DNA of 59,465 bases, from positions 1 to 59,465 of the IMG/VR virus record IMGVR_UViG_3300032212_000005; one strand, written 5' to 3'. The DNA comes from a virus (lineage: Duplodnaviria > Caudoviricetes). Below the pieces are notes generated by a model. It was not told the DNA's origin. It worked only from the letters and a program-made list of their open reading frames with translations, and ran no database searches. The first letter of the stretch is position 1. Every line of letters begins with the position of its first letter. The translations under genes and the position numbers were made by a program. Shown here piece after piece: positions 17,648 to 27,641 of this stretch.

Positions 17648-19309
17648 ATGGACTATAAAAACCCCGATTACACCGATATCTTCCGTATTCGATTAGAGAA
17701 CCTTCATCTACTCGAGGCGGATCCAGAAGCGGTAAAGGCTGCAAAGCTTCACTACAGCCGTAATCCATGGGATTTTATTGATGATTGGGGAATGACCATT
17801 GAGCCCCGAAACGTCGAAGTAGGCATGATACCTGATATCCCATTTATCTTATGGCCTAGACAGCGAGAGTTTCTGCAATGGATGTACTCGCGGTGGCAAG
17901 GAAGAGAGCAGGGGCTTGTCGAGAAATCCCGCGACTTCGGACTCAGTTGGTTATCTATTGGCTTCTGCTGTTCTATGTGGCTCTTTAGACCTGGATTCTC
18001 TGCCGGGTTTGGTTCAGCGCTCGAGAGTCTTGTTGATTCAAAGGATGACCCGGGGGCTTTGTTCCCTAAGATGCGGTACTTCATTAGCCAGGTGCCGAGT
18101 GTATTCATGCCTGATGGCTTCAATATGCGTGTTCACTCGCCCTACATGAAGCTTATCAATCCTGAGACTGGCGCAAACATCACCGGGCAAGCTGGCGATA
18201 ACATTGGACGTGGCGACCGTAAATCAATTTATATCGTAGATGAGGCGGCTTTTGTTCGTCATCAGATGCTTGTCGACAATGCTTTATCCAATACCACCAA
18301 CTGTCAAATAGACATATCCACCTACAATGGCACGGGTAATCAATTCTACGTGAAGTCGATGAAGTTCCACGGGACAGAGCGAAAGTTTGTCTGTGACTGG
18401 CATGATGATCCCCGCAAAGATGATGCTTGGTACGCCAAGATGTGTGAGGAGAAGGATGAATCAACAGTTGCACAGGAAATAGACCGCGATCCAGCTGCCA
18501 GTGCCAAAGGTTCCTATATCCCGGCAAAGTATGTCCGAGCTGCGAAGGATTTGCACAAGCGCTTAGGCTGGGAGCCCACGGGAATCAAAGTTACTGCCTT
18601 TGACCCGTCAGATGTTGGCGACCCAAAAGGTACGCTTACCAGGCATGGCTTTGTCATTGTTCAGGCAGAACTCAAGACGGATGGCGATATTCGGGATGCA
18701 ATACCATGGGCATACAACATGGCCGATGAGCAGCGAGCCGAGATACTGCGCTATGACGCCGATGGTATGGGCGCCCCGACCATGAAGCTCACCCTGGAAG
18801 GTTTCGCGGGAGACAATCTAACTGTATCGCCATACTACGGTTCAGGAGCGGTTGAGAATCCCACGCAGGTAGATGGCATGCCGCCAGATCAGGTGAAGCG
18901 AGATAAAACCCTGAAGCAGAACAAGAACAAGTACGTGAACTACCGCGCACAGCAAGCAGATAATCTCTATAGACGGTTTGCAAAAGCCTATGAAGTAAGT
19001 CTGCAGCTTGATAAAGGCATCATCCCCCAGGATGTCAGGCCCGACGAAATCATATCCATTGATTCCAGCGTTGAGAATTACTTTGAGCTAGAGGCAGAAC
19101 TATCCCGGCCAATGAAGAAGTTCAATGGTGATGGCAAGATCCGAGTCGAATCCAAGAAGGAAATGCTCACTCGCGAGATACAATCGCCAACATTCTTTGA
19201 CTGCGCGAAGATGGCATTTGCCACAACGTCGACAAAACGCCAGCGCGTTAAGAGTCACGAGGTAAGAGCCAGGAGGATAGGCCGCAGGGACCGGGGCTTG
19301 ATGGGATAG
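17648..19309 (+). CDS. terL: Terminase large subunit
   Basis: VEKSRDFGLSW (Walker A variant), IVDEAAF (Walker B), AFDPSDVG, YDADGMG, SPTFFD nuclease motifs. Confidence 0.93.
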   Translation: MDYKNPDYTDIFRIRLENLHLLEADPEAVKAAKLHYSRNPWDFIDDWGMTIEPRNVEVGMIPDIPFILWPRQREFLQWMYSRWQGREQGLVEKSRDFGLSWLSIGFCCSMWLFRPGFSAGFGSALESLVDSKDDPGALFPKMRYFISQVPSVFMPDGFNMRVHSPYMKLINPETGANITGQAGDNIGRGDRKSIYIVDEAAFVRHQMLVDNALSNTTNCQIDISTYNGTGNQFYVKSMKFHGTERKFVCDWHDDPRKDDAWYAKMCEEKDESTVAQEIDRDPAASAKGSYIPAKYVRAAKDLHKRLGWEPTGIKVTAFDPSDVGDPKGTLTRHGFVIVQAELKTDGDIRDAIPWAYNMADEQRAEILRYDADGMGAPTMKLTLEGFAGDNLTVSPYYGSGAVENPTQVDGMPPDQVKRDKTLKQNKNKYVNYRAQQADNLYRRFAKAYEVSLQLDKGIIPQDVRPDEIISIDSSVENYFELEAELSRPMKKFNGDGKIRVESKKEMLTREIQSPTFFDCAKMAFATTSTKRQRVKSHEVRARRIGRRDRGLMG

Positions 19310-19398
19310 CAATTCTAAAAAACCCTTATAAATCAAAAGGGCTAGTAATCTGCTAGCAAGTAGCTATACTGAAACCTCAATCAACGGGAGGATTCAAT

Positions 19399-19578
19399 AT
19401 GTGTGACTGCGACTGCCATGTTCCAGATTGCATTATCATCAACCATACTGTGCTTTGTCAGGCTTGCGGTAATCCGGTTAGGGATTATGAGCGCATGATC
19501 CAGAAGGCTGTAGCTGTTCCAATGAGAACCCAGCGCCAAAAACAAATGGTAGTGGAACTGGAGAACAGAGTTAGCTAG
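19399..19578 (+). CDS. 59-aa Cys-rich (Zn-binding) protein (not in track)
   Basis: GGAGG RBS; MCDCDCH..DC...CQACG; TATACT -10 at 19365. Confidence 0.7.
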   Translation: MCDCDCHVPDCIIINHTVLCQACGNPVRDYERMIQKAVAVPMRTQRQKQMVVELENRVS

Positions 19579-19625
19579 TATATTGGTTGATTGACTCCAA
19601 CCACCGGATTTATCACCCGGAATTT

Positions 19626-19665
19626 AAACCCGCTACGGCTTTCAAAGGCCCGGCGGGTTTTTTTT
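19626..19665 (+). terminator. Intrinsic terminator
   Basis: AAACCCGC...GCGGGTTT followed by a T-run. Confidence 0.8.
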
Positions 19666-19739
19666 GCGTGTTCCATTTTGATCATATTGAAAGTAGAATC
19701 ATGAATTGCTAAAGGGGGCTTATGATATGGAGTTGGGCT

Positions 19740-20276
19740 GTGACTCAGAAAATTAATGCGGTTGTGACCGAGATTCAAAAGCAAGTCCCCGGTAATACCA
19801 TCACCAGGCCAAGCAACACAACTGCTTACGCTGTAGGCGACGCTCTATCCAATGACTCGTCAAACGATTACATCACGTTTGCTGATGTGACCCGGGGCGG
19901 GAAAAATACTGCTACGTTGGTCGAGGCTGTTTTTATGTCCAGCGCCAATCAATCGACGCTCCCAGCATTAGACTTGCTCTTATTTGACCGGGCATTCACT
20001 GAGACTGCAGATAACTCGCCATGTGCTATCACGGATGCTGAAATGGTAGCGGGTTTGATTGGTGTTGTGTCAGCGCCAGTTGCAGACTGGAATCCAGTTA
20101 ACGCAGCAGCCGGAGCCAGCGGTAACGCTATGTGCCATGTCACTGATTTGGCGATCAGGGTCAGGACTAAGACTAGCGAAAACCGTGATATCTATGGTCA
20201 GTTGGTGCTGAGAAACACCTATACGCCAGTCAGCGACGAACAATTCGATGTTCTATTGAAGTTCAAGCAAGACTAA
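19740..20276 (+). CDS. Putative virion structural (beta-sandwich) protein
   Basis: ITRPSNTTAYAVGD motif; directly before the portal; GTG start inferred from GGAG. Confidence 0.6.
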   Translation: MTQKINAVVTEIQKQVPGNTITRPSNTTAYAVGDALSNDSSNDYITFADVTRGGKNTATLVEAVFMSSANQSTLPALDLLLFDRAFTETADNSPCAITDAEMVAGLIGVVSAPVADWNPVNAAAGASGNAMCHVTDLAIRVRTKTSENRDIYGQLVLRNTYTPVSDEQFDVLLKFKQD

Positions 20277-20312
20277 TTGGCCGTTTAAGGTTTGATACCA
20301 AAGGATTCATAA

Positions 20313-22625
20313 ATGGCAGACGCTGAACTAGATCAAGATCAGTACGACATGGAAGGGGAGGAGAAATCCCCGGAAGAGAAGATTACTGATGAACTGTTAC
20401 AGCGCCTGGATAGCGCCGGCATGACATTATCCCAGTCTCGCTCAGAGGCTATTGATGGTCGCCATAGCACTGGTATTGAAGAAGAGTGGGTACAAGACGA
20501 AGAGTATTACGAAGGTATAGACGAGGCTAATCGCGGAGAGCAGCGATCTTGGTCTGGAAAACCAGTAGGACAGCCAGCAGCTGGCGACGAAGATGATACC
20601 GACCCTGGATCCACCATCTTCTTGAACGTTACCCGACCTTATGTTGATGCAACCAGCGCCAGAATGGGCGACATGTTGTTACCTACCGACGATAGAGGCT
20701 GGGCAATAGACGCTACACCTATCCCCGAAATGACCAATATCGGAGATAGCAAGATACCGGAAGACATCAAAGCCCAAATCAAACAGCAATTCCCGGGCGA
20801 TCAGGCAGCCGCTTACAATGAAATGAAGCGACTGGCGGAAGAAGTTAAAGAAATCATATCCATCGCCAAGGGCAAGGCGAAGAAAGCTGAAAAGCAGATA
20901 GAAGACTGGCACACCGAGTCTCAGTATCACTCCCAGGTTCGATTGGTGATCGAGGATGCAAGTCGAGTTGGAACAGGCGTACTCAAAGGCCCGTATCCAA
21001 TGGTTAAAAAGACCGTTGCCTACATCAATGGTGAGCTTCAGATTCAAGAGAAGATTGTCGCAGCGTCTACCCGCATTGATTACCGCAACTGCTACCCGGA
21101 TCCAGCTTGCGGAGAAAACATCCACCAAGGCAATTTCTTTTGGGAGCGTGATGACATCACCACCAAGCGCGTGATGGAGTTGGCCGATGAGCCAGATTAC
21201 ATCCCGGAGCAGATAGAAAAGGTACTGAACGAAGGTCCACAAGAGGCCACTAAAGACTTCAGAACAGATTCAGACCGCCCCGGGTTGCGCGCCCCGGAAG
21301 AAACCCGCAAGAACATGTACGAAATCTGGTACTACCACGGGTTGATTGAGCGCGAAATCCTCGAAGCAGCCGATCTTCTTTGCAATATGGCTGATGACGA
21401 CAGCGAAGAAGACCCCATGAATTATGGTGAGGATAAGTGGATATCAGTCTCACTGACCATGATCAACAACCGGGTCGTTAAAATAACGCTCAATAGCCTT
21501 GATACTGGTGAATTCCCTTATGACTTCATGGTATGGCAGCGCCGATCAGGCATGCCTTGGGGTATGGGCATTGCTCGGCAGATCAGACCAGCGCAGCGAA
21601 TCATCAATGGTGGCATTCGTCATATGATGGACAACGCCGGTATTGCTGGCGGTCCTATGCTGTTTTATAACGATGACTACATTCAGCCTGCAGAGGGATC
21701 AGCCGAAGTTAAACCCTGGAAAATATGGGTTGCTGGCGATGAGTGGGAGCCAGGCATGAAAGTCGATGATTACATGGCTTTCATTAAAACCCCGATTTAC
21801 GTTGAAGAACTCAAGCAGATCATAGACCTGGGTTTGAAGTTTGCTGAGGATATCACCGGGTTGCCGATGATCATGCAAGGGCAGACAAACCAGCGCACAC
21901 CGACCACGCTAGGCGGTATGCAGATGCAGAATAATAATGCGTCGACAGTTTTACGCCGGGTCGCCCGGACATTTGATGACATGATCACCGAGCCCCATGT
22001 ACGCCGGTACTATCGTTATCTGTTACAGAATTCCGAAGACGACGATATGAAGGGCGATTTTACTATTGATGCTCAAGGTTCGTCTGCCCTGGTTGAGCGG
22101 GACCTACAGAACCAAAGCATTATGTCTCTTGGTCAATACGTGATGAATCCTGCTTTCGATATAGATCCTCGAAAGTGGATGCAAGAAATGCTGAAGTCTT
22201 CCAAGTTGGACGCGAAGCGCTTCAAGTATGACGACGAGGAATGGAAGGAACTTGTTGCGAACATGAACAAGCAGCCTGAAGATCCGAGAGTCGCAGTTGA
22301 ACAGTTAAGAGCCCAAACGCTAGAAAAGCTGAAGATGCTGGACCAGCAGTTTGAAGCCGGCAAGCTTGAACGTGACTCTCAAGAGAAAGAGCGCGATAGA
22401 CAGCTGGAAGAGCAATTAGCCATGCTTGACCATGAGTTTGACATCTACCTGAACGAAATGAAGGAAGAAGGCAGCAATGCCCGGACCATTCAGCAGTTGA
22501 AGGAAAAGATTGCAAGCAATACAATGAAACTCAAGACCCAGGTCCAGTTAAGTGGCACCAATGCCGCTACTCCAGCAGTTGAACCGAAGGGTAGGGCTGA
22601 AGAAGGCCGGGCTTTCGAGCAGTAG
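20313..22625 (+). CDS. Portal protein (podovirus type)
   Basis: 770 aa; GTGVLKGP, YPDP, PWGMGI, EDITGLP..QGQ, C-terminal coiled barrel. Confidence 0.9.
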   Translation: MADAELDQDQYDMEGEEKSPEEKITDELLQRLDSAGMTLSQSRSEAIDGRHSTGIEEEWVQDEEYYEGIDEANRGEQRSWSGKPVGQPAAGDEDDTDPGSTIFLNVTRPYVDATSARMGDMLLPTDDRGWAIDATPIPEMTNIGDSKIPEDIKAQIKQQFPGDQAAAYNEMKRLAEEVKEIISIAKGKAKKAEKQIEDWHTESQYHSQVRLVIEDASRVGTGVLKGPYPMVKKTVAYINGELQIQEKIVAASTRIDYRNCYPDPACGENIHQGNFFWERDDITTKRVMELADEPDYIPEQIEKVLNEGPQEATKDFRTDSDRPGLRAPEETRKNMYEIWYYHGLIEREILEAADLLCNMADDDSEEDPMNYGEDKWISVSLTMINNRVVKITLNSLDTGEFPYDFMVWQRRSGMPWGMGIARQIRPAQRIINGGIRHMMDNAGIAGGPMLFYNDDYIQPAEGSAEVKPWKIWVAGDEWEPGMKVDDYMAFIKTPIYVEELKQIIDLGLKFAEDITGLPMIMQGQTNQRTPTTLGGMQMQNNNASTVLRRVARTFDDMITEPHVRRYYRYLLQNSEDDDMKGDFTIDAQGSSALVERDLQNQSIMSLGQYVMNPAFDIDPRKWMQEMLKSSKLDAKRFKYDDEEWKELVANMNKQPEDPRVAVEQLRAQTLEKLKMLDQQFEAGKLERDSQEKERDRQLEEQLAMLDHEFDIYLNEMKEEGSNARTIQQLKEKIASNTMKLKTQVQLSGTNAATPAVEPKGRAEEGRAFEQ

Positions 22626-22641
22626 AGAGGGAAAAGAGGGA

Positions 22642-23133
22642 ATGATCAAAGTAGATTTGTCGGCGGATTACATTGCCTCGATGTTCATTACAGGCAAGAC
22701 CATTAACCCGATTATGGTTGAGAAGGGCTTACCTGAAGACGCCCAATTAGTTGGTATTGAGCAATCTCATTACATTCCAGGCAATTACACCGCCATTTTT
22801 GATGATGGCAGAGAAAAGTTAACTGAATTAACGGTTACCTTTCGACATTTCGATTACACCTTCCCCAAAGGTGAAATCCACCAAACATTTCTCGACGCCG
22901 CGAAGGTCCTTGTTCTGGACCACGACCTGGATGAATTGCGGAGTGCAAAAGCGTTTATCCCCTCGCATCAATACCCTGCAGGTTTTCGATCAGATAGTGA
23001 TGAAGTAGGCGCATTAGTAACCTTTGACTCAACAACGCCATTTCAGACAGTTTCACGTTGGCATATGAGATTTTATCGTATGGTCGTGCAGAAGCTGTAC
23101 CAGATACCCAAAGATGTATTCCCAGGGATGTGA
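22642..23133 (+). CDS. Hypothetical protein with a capsid-like segment
   Basis: GAGGG RBS; LRSAKAFIPSHQY...EVGAL. Confidence 0.65.
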   Translation: MIKVDLSADYIASMFITGKTINPIMVEKGLPEDAQLVGIEQSHYIPGNYTAIFDDGREKLTELTVTFRHFDYTFPKGEIHQTFLDAAKVLVLDHDLDELRSAKAFIPSHQYPAGFRSDSDEVGALVTFDSTTPFQTVSRWHMRFYRMVVQKLYQIPKDVFPGM

Positions 23134-23134
23134 T

Positions 23135-23341
23135 ATGAAATTCGAGATACACAATGACACCGGCAGTAAGGCATTAAAGTACAGAAAATTGAGCGGCTTT
23201 CGTGACATGGGCTGTTTGCCTGGGAGTGGTCCAGTTGAGAAAATGGAATTCAAAATGAATACGATCTACGCGAGACAGGGCGGCAAGTGGTACTATCACA
23301 TAGAACCAGATCGCTGGGAGCCAGTTACTCGTGACGGATAG
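23135..23341 (+). CDS. Hypothetical protein
   Basis: Packed ORF. Confidence 0.55.
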   Translation: MKFEIHNDTGSKALKYRKLSGFRDMGCLPGSGPVEKMEFKMNTIYARQGGKWYYHIEPDRWEPVTRDG

Positions 23342-23618
23342 AACACCAGAAGAGATATTATCAGCCAAACCGCTTGAGGATCAGGCGCAGCTGCTACGAG
23401 ATTGGCTCGCAGATCATCAGCTAGAGCATGTTCCTACTGATTTAAAGATATTTCAGAAAGAACTGATTAGAAGAAAAAAGGTTGAAGCTGGTAAGAAGAT
23501 CAGCGTCGACAAACTAGAAAAGGACAATAAACCGGTACTCGAGGAAGATCGCCCGGTAACGCTCAGTGATTACGATCAATTGATTAAGGATGTTGTCTCA
23601 GCACGAAATTCACAATAA
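23331..23618 (+). CDS. Hypothetical protein
   Basis: GGAG RBS; packed ORF. Confidence 0.6.
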   Translation: MTDRTPEEILSAKPLEDQAQLLRDWLADHQLEHVPTDLKIFQKELIRRKKVEAGKKISVDKLEKDNKPVLEEDRPVTLSDYDQLIKDVVSARNSQ

Positions 23619-23629
23619 GAGGGCTTATT

Positions 23630-24064
23630 ATGGAACCAACAATTTACGCTTTTTTAGCGGTGTTAATCGCCGCAACGCTTTTGTCTGTGCTTGTCACGGC
23701 AAAAATGCGGGGCTGGTGGCCGTTCCTCCCTCTTACGTCTACCAGTCCCGTAACTAATGCTTTTTCTGATAATCGAACTGTCATATATCAGCGAGGCGAA
23801 GTGATAGTTTGCCCGGATTGCAATACTGATCTTGCTGTTTTTAAGTGTGACGTTAGAGTTTGTGACCCGGCCAGAAGTGAAGACCTACTACCACTAGCCA
23901 ACAGATTTGGCATGCAAGACCTTTCTTTTGGCTCAAACATGCGTTGTTCAGCGTGTGCAACACCATTCTCATTCTATGATGATGAGCTGGGTCTGATTAA
24001 GTTAACCAGAATTGGGGAGAAGCTCATTTCTTCCCATGAAAAGAGGAAAATTATACATGCCTAG
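23630..24064 (+). CDS. Membrane-anchored zinc-ribbon protein
   Basis: N-terminal TM; CPDC...CSAC. Confidence 0.65.
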   Translation: MEPTIYAFLAVLIAATLLSVLVTAKMRGWWPFLPLTSTSPVTNAFSDNRTVIYQRGEVIVCPDCNTDLAVFKCDVRVCDPARSEDLLPLANRFGMQDLSFGSNMRCSACATPFSFYDDELGLIKLTRIGEKLISSHEKRKIIHA

Positions 24065-24479
24065 TTATTGCCAAGCATGCGACAAGGAAATGAAACTCAC
24101 CGCTAGCCAGGTTCTGATCGAGGGCTATATCACTTGCGGAGCTCCACAATGCGCCGAGAAAGCCAGAAAGTGGTCCAAGGAATTCACGGCTGATGTTGTG
24201 CGAGAAGAAGCGCAGCGCGAGATATCGGCTGTGGTGCTGAGAAGTAAGACGCCAGATGACGTTGATTCCTTCAGGCCAGTACCAACAGATGAATTGCCGG
24301 CATTCCTTCAAAACCGAGATATCTTTCTTCAAATGCTGGAAGAAAGACAGGATGCCCATGATTCAGCAACAGTTGATGGGTACTGGTACCGAGTGGTATC
24401 CACTTCTGAAGTGCTGAGAACATTACAGCGCGAGAATGACAAGCGGATCCTGGATGCAGCAGGGAAAACGGTTCACTAA
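24057..24479 (+). CDS. Zinc-finger-containing hypothetical protein
   Basis: GAGG RBS; CQAC...CGAPQC. Confidence 0.65.
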   Translation: MPSYCQACDKEMKLTASQVLIEGYITCGAPQCAEKARKWSKEFTADVVREEAQREISAVVLRSKTPDDVDSFRPVPTDELPAFLQNRDIFLQMLEERQDAHDSATVDGYWYRVVSTSEVLRTLQRENDKRILDAAGKTVH

Positions 24480-24481
24480 TC

Positions 24482-24754
24482 ATGAAAAGGGCTAAGTTTC
24501 CGACATTACCAGATCACGAGCGCCAGACAGCTGGTGTTCAAACCATCTTGGCCTATTATCAGCAAAGGTTAGAATACCTGCGTGAAAAGAACGATAGTGA
24601 TGCATCAGAAACCGCGACTGCTTCTCTGAGGGGTAAAATAGAAGAGGTTAAGGGCCTGATATCGAATCTAGGACCTGATAAACAAATCGATGTTAAAAAC
24701 CGTCAACCAGCAACAGTTGATGCCAAACCAGATACAGAAGAAGGGGAGATATAA
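24482..24754 (+). CDS. Small head-assembly-region protein
   Basis: RLEYLREKND...TA.LRGKIEEVK motif typical just before podoviral scaffolds. Confidence 0.7.
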   Translation: MKRAKFPTLPDHERQTAGVQTILAYYQQRLEYLREKNDSDASETATASLRGKIEEVKGLISNLGPDKQIDVKNRQPATVDAKPDTEEGEI

Positions 24755-24757
24755 TCC

Positions 24758-25903
24758 ATGGTCGTAAGACAAGGTGAAGATGCTTTTGAAGAAGATCAAG
24801 AGCTAAAGGAAAACTCAGAAGAAGCAGAAGCCGCGCTCGAAGAGGCTTTTGGTGCGACTGACGATGAATTCATGGAAATGACATCAGATGATGATGACTA
24901 TCTACCCGGCGAAGAACTGGATGATGATGACGATATCTTCGCTGATGATCCTGAAATTCAGCAAGAAGTCGAAGATGAGCCTGAAGTAGATGACGAAAAA
25001 GAAGAGCAAGAAGAAATAAGCGCTAAAGAGCAGCAAGAAGCTGCCGAGGCTGCCCAGGAGAAGGCCGGGCTCACCGATGAAGAGTGGGAAAACATACCTG
25101 AACCGGTTCGCAAGAAGCTGGAAGCTAGCGAGCATCGCATTCGTTCGATGACTGGACGAGTCTCGAAGTTACAAAGCACCATTGATGACCTGGTAAGTAA
25201 ATCGGCCATTGCGCCGGCAGATCAACCATCAAAGCCAGCGCCAACTAGCGCTCAATTGCTCGAGGCGGTTCAATCCGACGAAGCGCTTCAGGATTTAAAA
25301 GAAGAATGGCCGGACCAGGAAAACGCCATTATTTCCGTAGTGAACAAAATCGGTGAAATGCTGGATAAGCAACAAGAAGATATTGCGGCTAATGCCAGTC
25401 ATGTCAGTGAAAACCGGGTAATGGAGCAAGTGAATCTCATATTGCTTGACAGAGAACACCCTGATTGGGAAGATGTGAGAAGTTCAGATGGCTTCAAGGA
25501 CTTTGTTTTTGAAGGTGGTCCATCTAAAGCTGAACAGGCTAGGTACTTTGACTTGTTAGATCATGCCTACGACCCTCAGAACGCAGCGAAACAAAACACT
25601 CTGCTTTCTCAGGCTGACAGGTACTATCAAGATTTACTCGAAGACTACCCTGATTGGGCTAAAGATAGGGGCGCCAGATATAACGATCAGTCGATCAATA
25701 AAGCCATTGGTTTGTTAGATGACTACAAGGATTCTATAAAACCTCCCCAAACGGATGAACCGCAGCCAGGTATGAGCAGAAGAAGGCGCAGATTGCGCGC
25801 TGCAATACCGGCGACAGATGGTAGAAGCTCTACCCCTCGTAAACCTGTATCGAATACAGAAGCGGCGGAGAGCGCACTAGAAGAAGGCTTCCGAGAAGGA
25901 TAG
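24758..25903 (+). CDS. Capsid scaffolding protein
   Basis: Very acidic N-terminus, coiled coil, HPDWE, directly upstream of the MCP. Confidence 0.8.
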   Translation: MVVRQGEDAFEEDQELKENSEEAEAALEEAFGATDDEFMEMTSDDDDYLPGEELDDDDDIFADDPEIQQEVEDEPEVDDEKEEQEEISAKEQQEAAEAAQEKAGLTDEEWENIPEPVRKKLEASEHRIRSMTGRVSKLQSTIDDLVSKSAIAPADQPSKPAPTSAQLLEAVQSDEALQDLKEEWPDQENAIISVVNKIGEMLDKQQEDIAANASHVSENRVMEQVNLILLDREHPDWEDVRSSDGFKDFVFEGGPSKAEQARYFDLLDHAYDPQNAAKQNTLLSQADRYYQDLLEDYPDWAKDRGARYNDQSINKAIGLLDDYKDSIKPPQTDEPQPGMSRRRRRLRAAIPATDGRSSTPRKPVSNTEAAESALEEGFREG

Positions 25904-26041
25904 TCTTCTGCAACACCCGGCGCTTTAAGCCCCGGAAGCAGTACCAACGAACGGCCCATTGCCCTTCGGTGGAAAATGTAAAAACTCGCACTTTAAGTGG
26001 GGTTTTTGTGTATTCATCGTATAAGTATGGGAGTTCCCAAT

Positions 26042-27088
26042 ATGGGTATTGTTTCTTACGACCTAAACACCCCTCGAATCGCCAAGCATAAAGGCGCGAT
26101 TCTCAAGAGTGCTATGCCACGAATGGTTTTATCCATTACTGGTAATCAGCATAAGATCCAACGCAACATGTCAGACACGGTTGTATTCCGCCGCTGGCTG
26201 CCTTTCGGTGGTGCTACCACTGATGCGACTACCATTAACAACTGGGTAGTTGATCCAAACACACACCTGACGCAAGACGGTGTAACGCCTACGGCTGATA
26301 CCATCACGCCCCAGGACATCACAGTTCAGTTGCTAGAATACAGCTGCTTGTATTCTTACACTGACAAAACAGCTGATCTTTACGAGGATGACATTCCTAC
26401 ACCTATCCGCAAGCAAGCTGGCGAGCGAATGGGTCTGGTTAAAGAGAAGATTTCTTATGGTGCATTGAAAGCTTGTACGAATAAGTTCTTCGCTGGTGGT
26501 ACTTCTCGAGCGACTGTTGATGAGTCAGTTAGCGTCAATCAGCTGCGAAAGATCAGTCGATCACTCGAAGGCAACCGGGCTAATCAGATTAGCTCTGTTA
26601 TCTCGGCGTCGCCTAAGTACGGCACTTCTTCTGTAGAAGGCGGTTACTTGGTGTTCTGTTCATACGACATGGCTAGCAACATCCGTGAGCTTGAAGGCTT
26701 CACAAAGTGTTCTGACTACGGCGAAATGACAAAGGTTCACCCTCGCGAGCTGGGTGCGGTTGATGAATTCCGTTTCATTACCTCGCCTGAGTTAACTCCT
26801 GCTCTTGCTGCCGGTGCTGCGACTGGTTCAACTGGCATGCTGGACTCGACTTCAGCCGGTAACATCGACGTTTACTTCATGATCGTCGTTGCCCAGGACG
26901 CATGGGGCGATGTTGCTCTACGCGGCTTGGACGGTTTCAAACTGGTTCATATCCCTCACAGCAAGATCGACAAGCAAGACCCTCTCGGTCAGCGCGGTTA
27001 TGTGGGTGGTAAGTTCTGGGCCGCTCCGTTCATTGAGAACGATGGTTGGATGGCCGTTTTGGAATGTGGTGCTGCTAACCTTGACTAA
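26042..27088 (+). CDS. Major capsid protein, N4-gp56 family
   Basis: VVFRRW, LTQDGVTP, ELGAVDEFRFI, DPLGQRGYVG.K. Confidence 0.92.
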   Translation: MGIVSYDLNTPRIAKHKGAILKSAMPRMVLSITGNQHKIQRNMSDTVVFRRWLPFGGATTDATTINNWVVDPNTHLTQDGVTPTADTITPQDITVQLLEYSCLYSYTDKTADLYEDDIPTPIRKQAGERMGLVKEKISYGALKACTNKFFAGGTSRATVDESVSVNQLRKISRSLEGNRANQISSVISASPKYGTSSVEGGYLVFCSYDMASNIRELEGFTKCSDYGEMTKVHPRELGAVDEFRFITSPELTPALAAGAATGSTGMLDSTSAGNIDVYFMIVVAQDAWGDVALRGLDGFKLVHIPHSKIDKQDPLGQRGYVGGKFWAAPFIENDGWMAVLECGAANLD

Positions 27089-27132
27089 AGGTTAGTAGTT
27101 ACCCTCGTTATTCACTCAGAGGATTTTTAAGC

Positions 27133-27624
27133 ATGCAAGCAAACAGCATTTTCGGTGGCACCTTTGCCACTAACTCTGGCGGCCTGGTATTGGATGATGG
27201 TGCAAGCACCTACGATATTGCCACGGCTGTCGCTTACGCCATTGGCGGCAAGGCTTATAGCAAGGCCACTGTCTCTAACGGCACATTCCCCACAACTGAT
27301 ATCAATACCGGCTCTGCGTTCGTTGCTCTAGCGGCTAGCCAGGCTTGTACGTTGGTTATCGCTCTAAATGCGGCTGGAACAGTAGTCGTGATGCAAAGCG
27401 ATGTAGTTGATTTGGATTCAGGCGATGACTTCCATGATAACGGTGGCGTACCAAGCTTCCCGAATGTGGATTTTGACACCTACTGTCCGATTGGCTACGC
27501 GGTAGTGAAGAATGGTTCAGCTGGATCAGCATTCACTATTGGTTCAAGCAATTGGAATGCAACTGGTATTACGAAGTCTGTAGTGGATGTCTTGGCTCTG
27601 CCAACACGCCCTGCTGAATCGTAA
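27133..27624 (+). CDS. Head decoration/cement protein
   Basis: Follows the MCP; A/G/T-rich; CPIGY motif. Confidence 0.65.
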   Translation: MQANSIFGGTFATNSGGLVLDDGASTYDIATAVAYAIGGKAYSKATVSNGTFPTTDINTGSAFVALAASQACTLVIALNAAGTVVVMQSDVVDLDSGDDFHDNGGVPSFPNVDFDTYCPIGYAVVKNGSAGSAFTIGSSNWNATGITKSVVDVLALPTRPAES

Positions 27625-27641
27625 GTTAAATCAACCCTAAA

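Noticed and set aside
23050-23063. Second parS copy (GTTTCACGTTGGCA)
   Set aside because: Only the left half matches, it is not palindromic, and it lies inside a CDS
25904-26041. tRNA or known ncRNA
   Set aside because: No cloverleaf, T-loop or CCA signature recognisable; kept only as a low-interest structured leader
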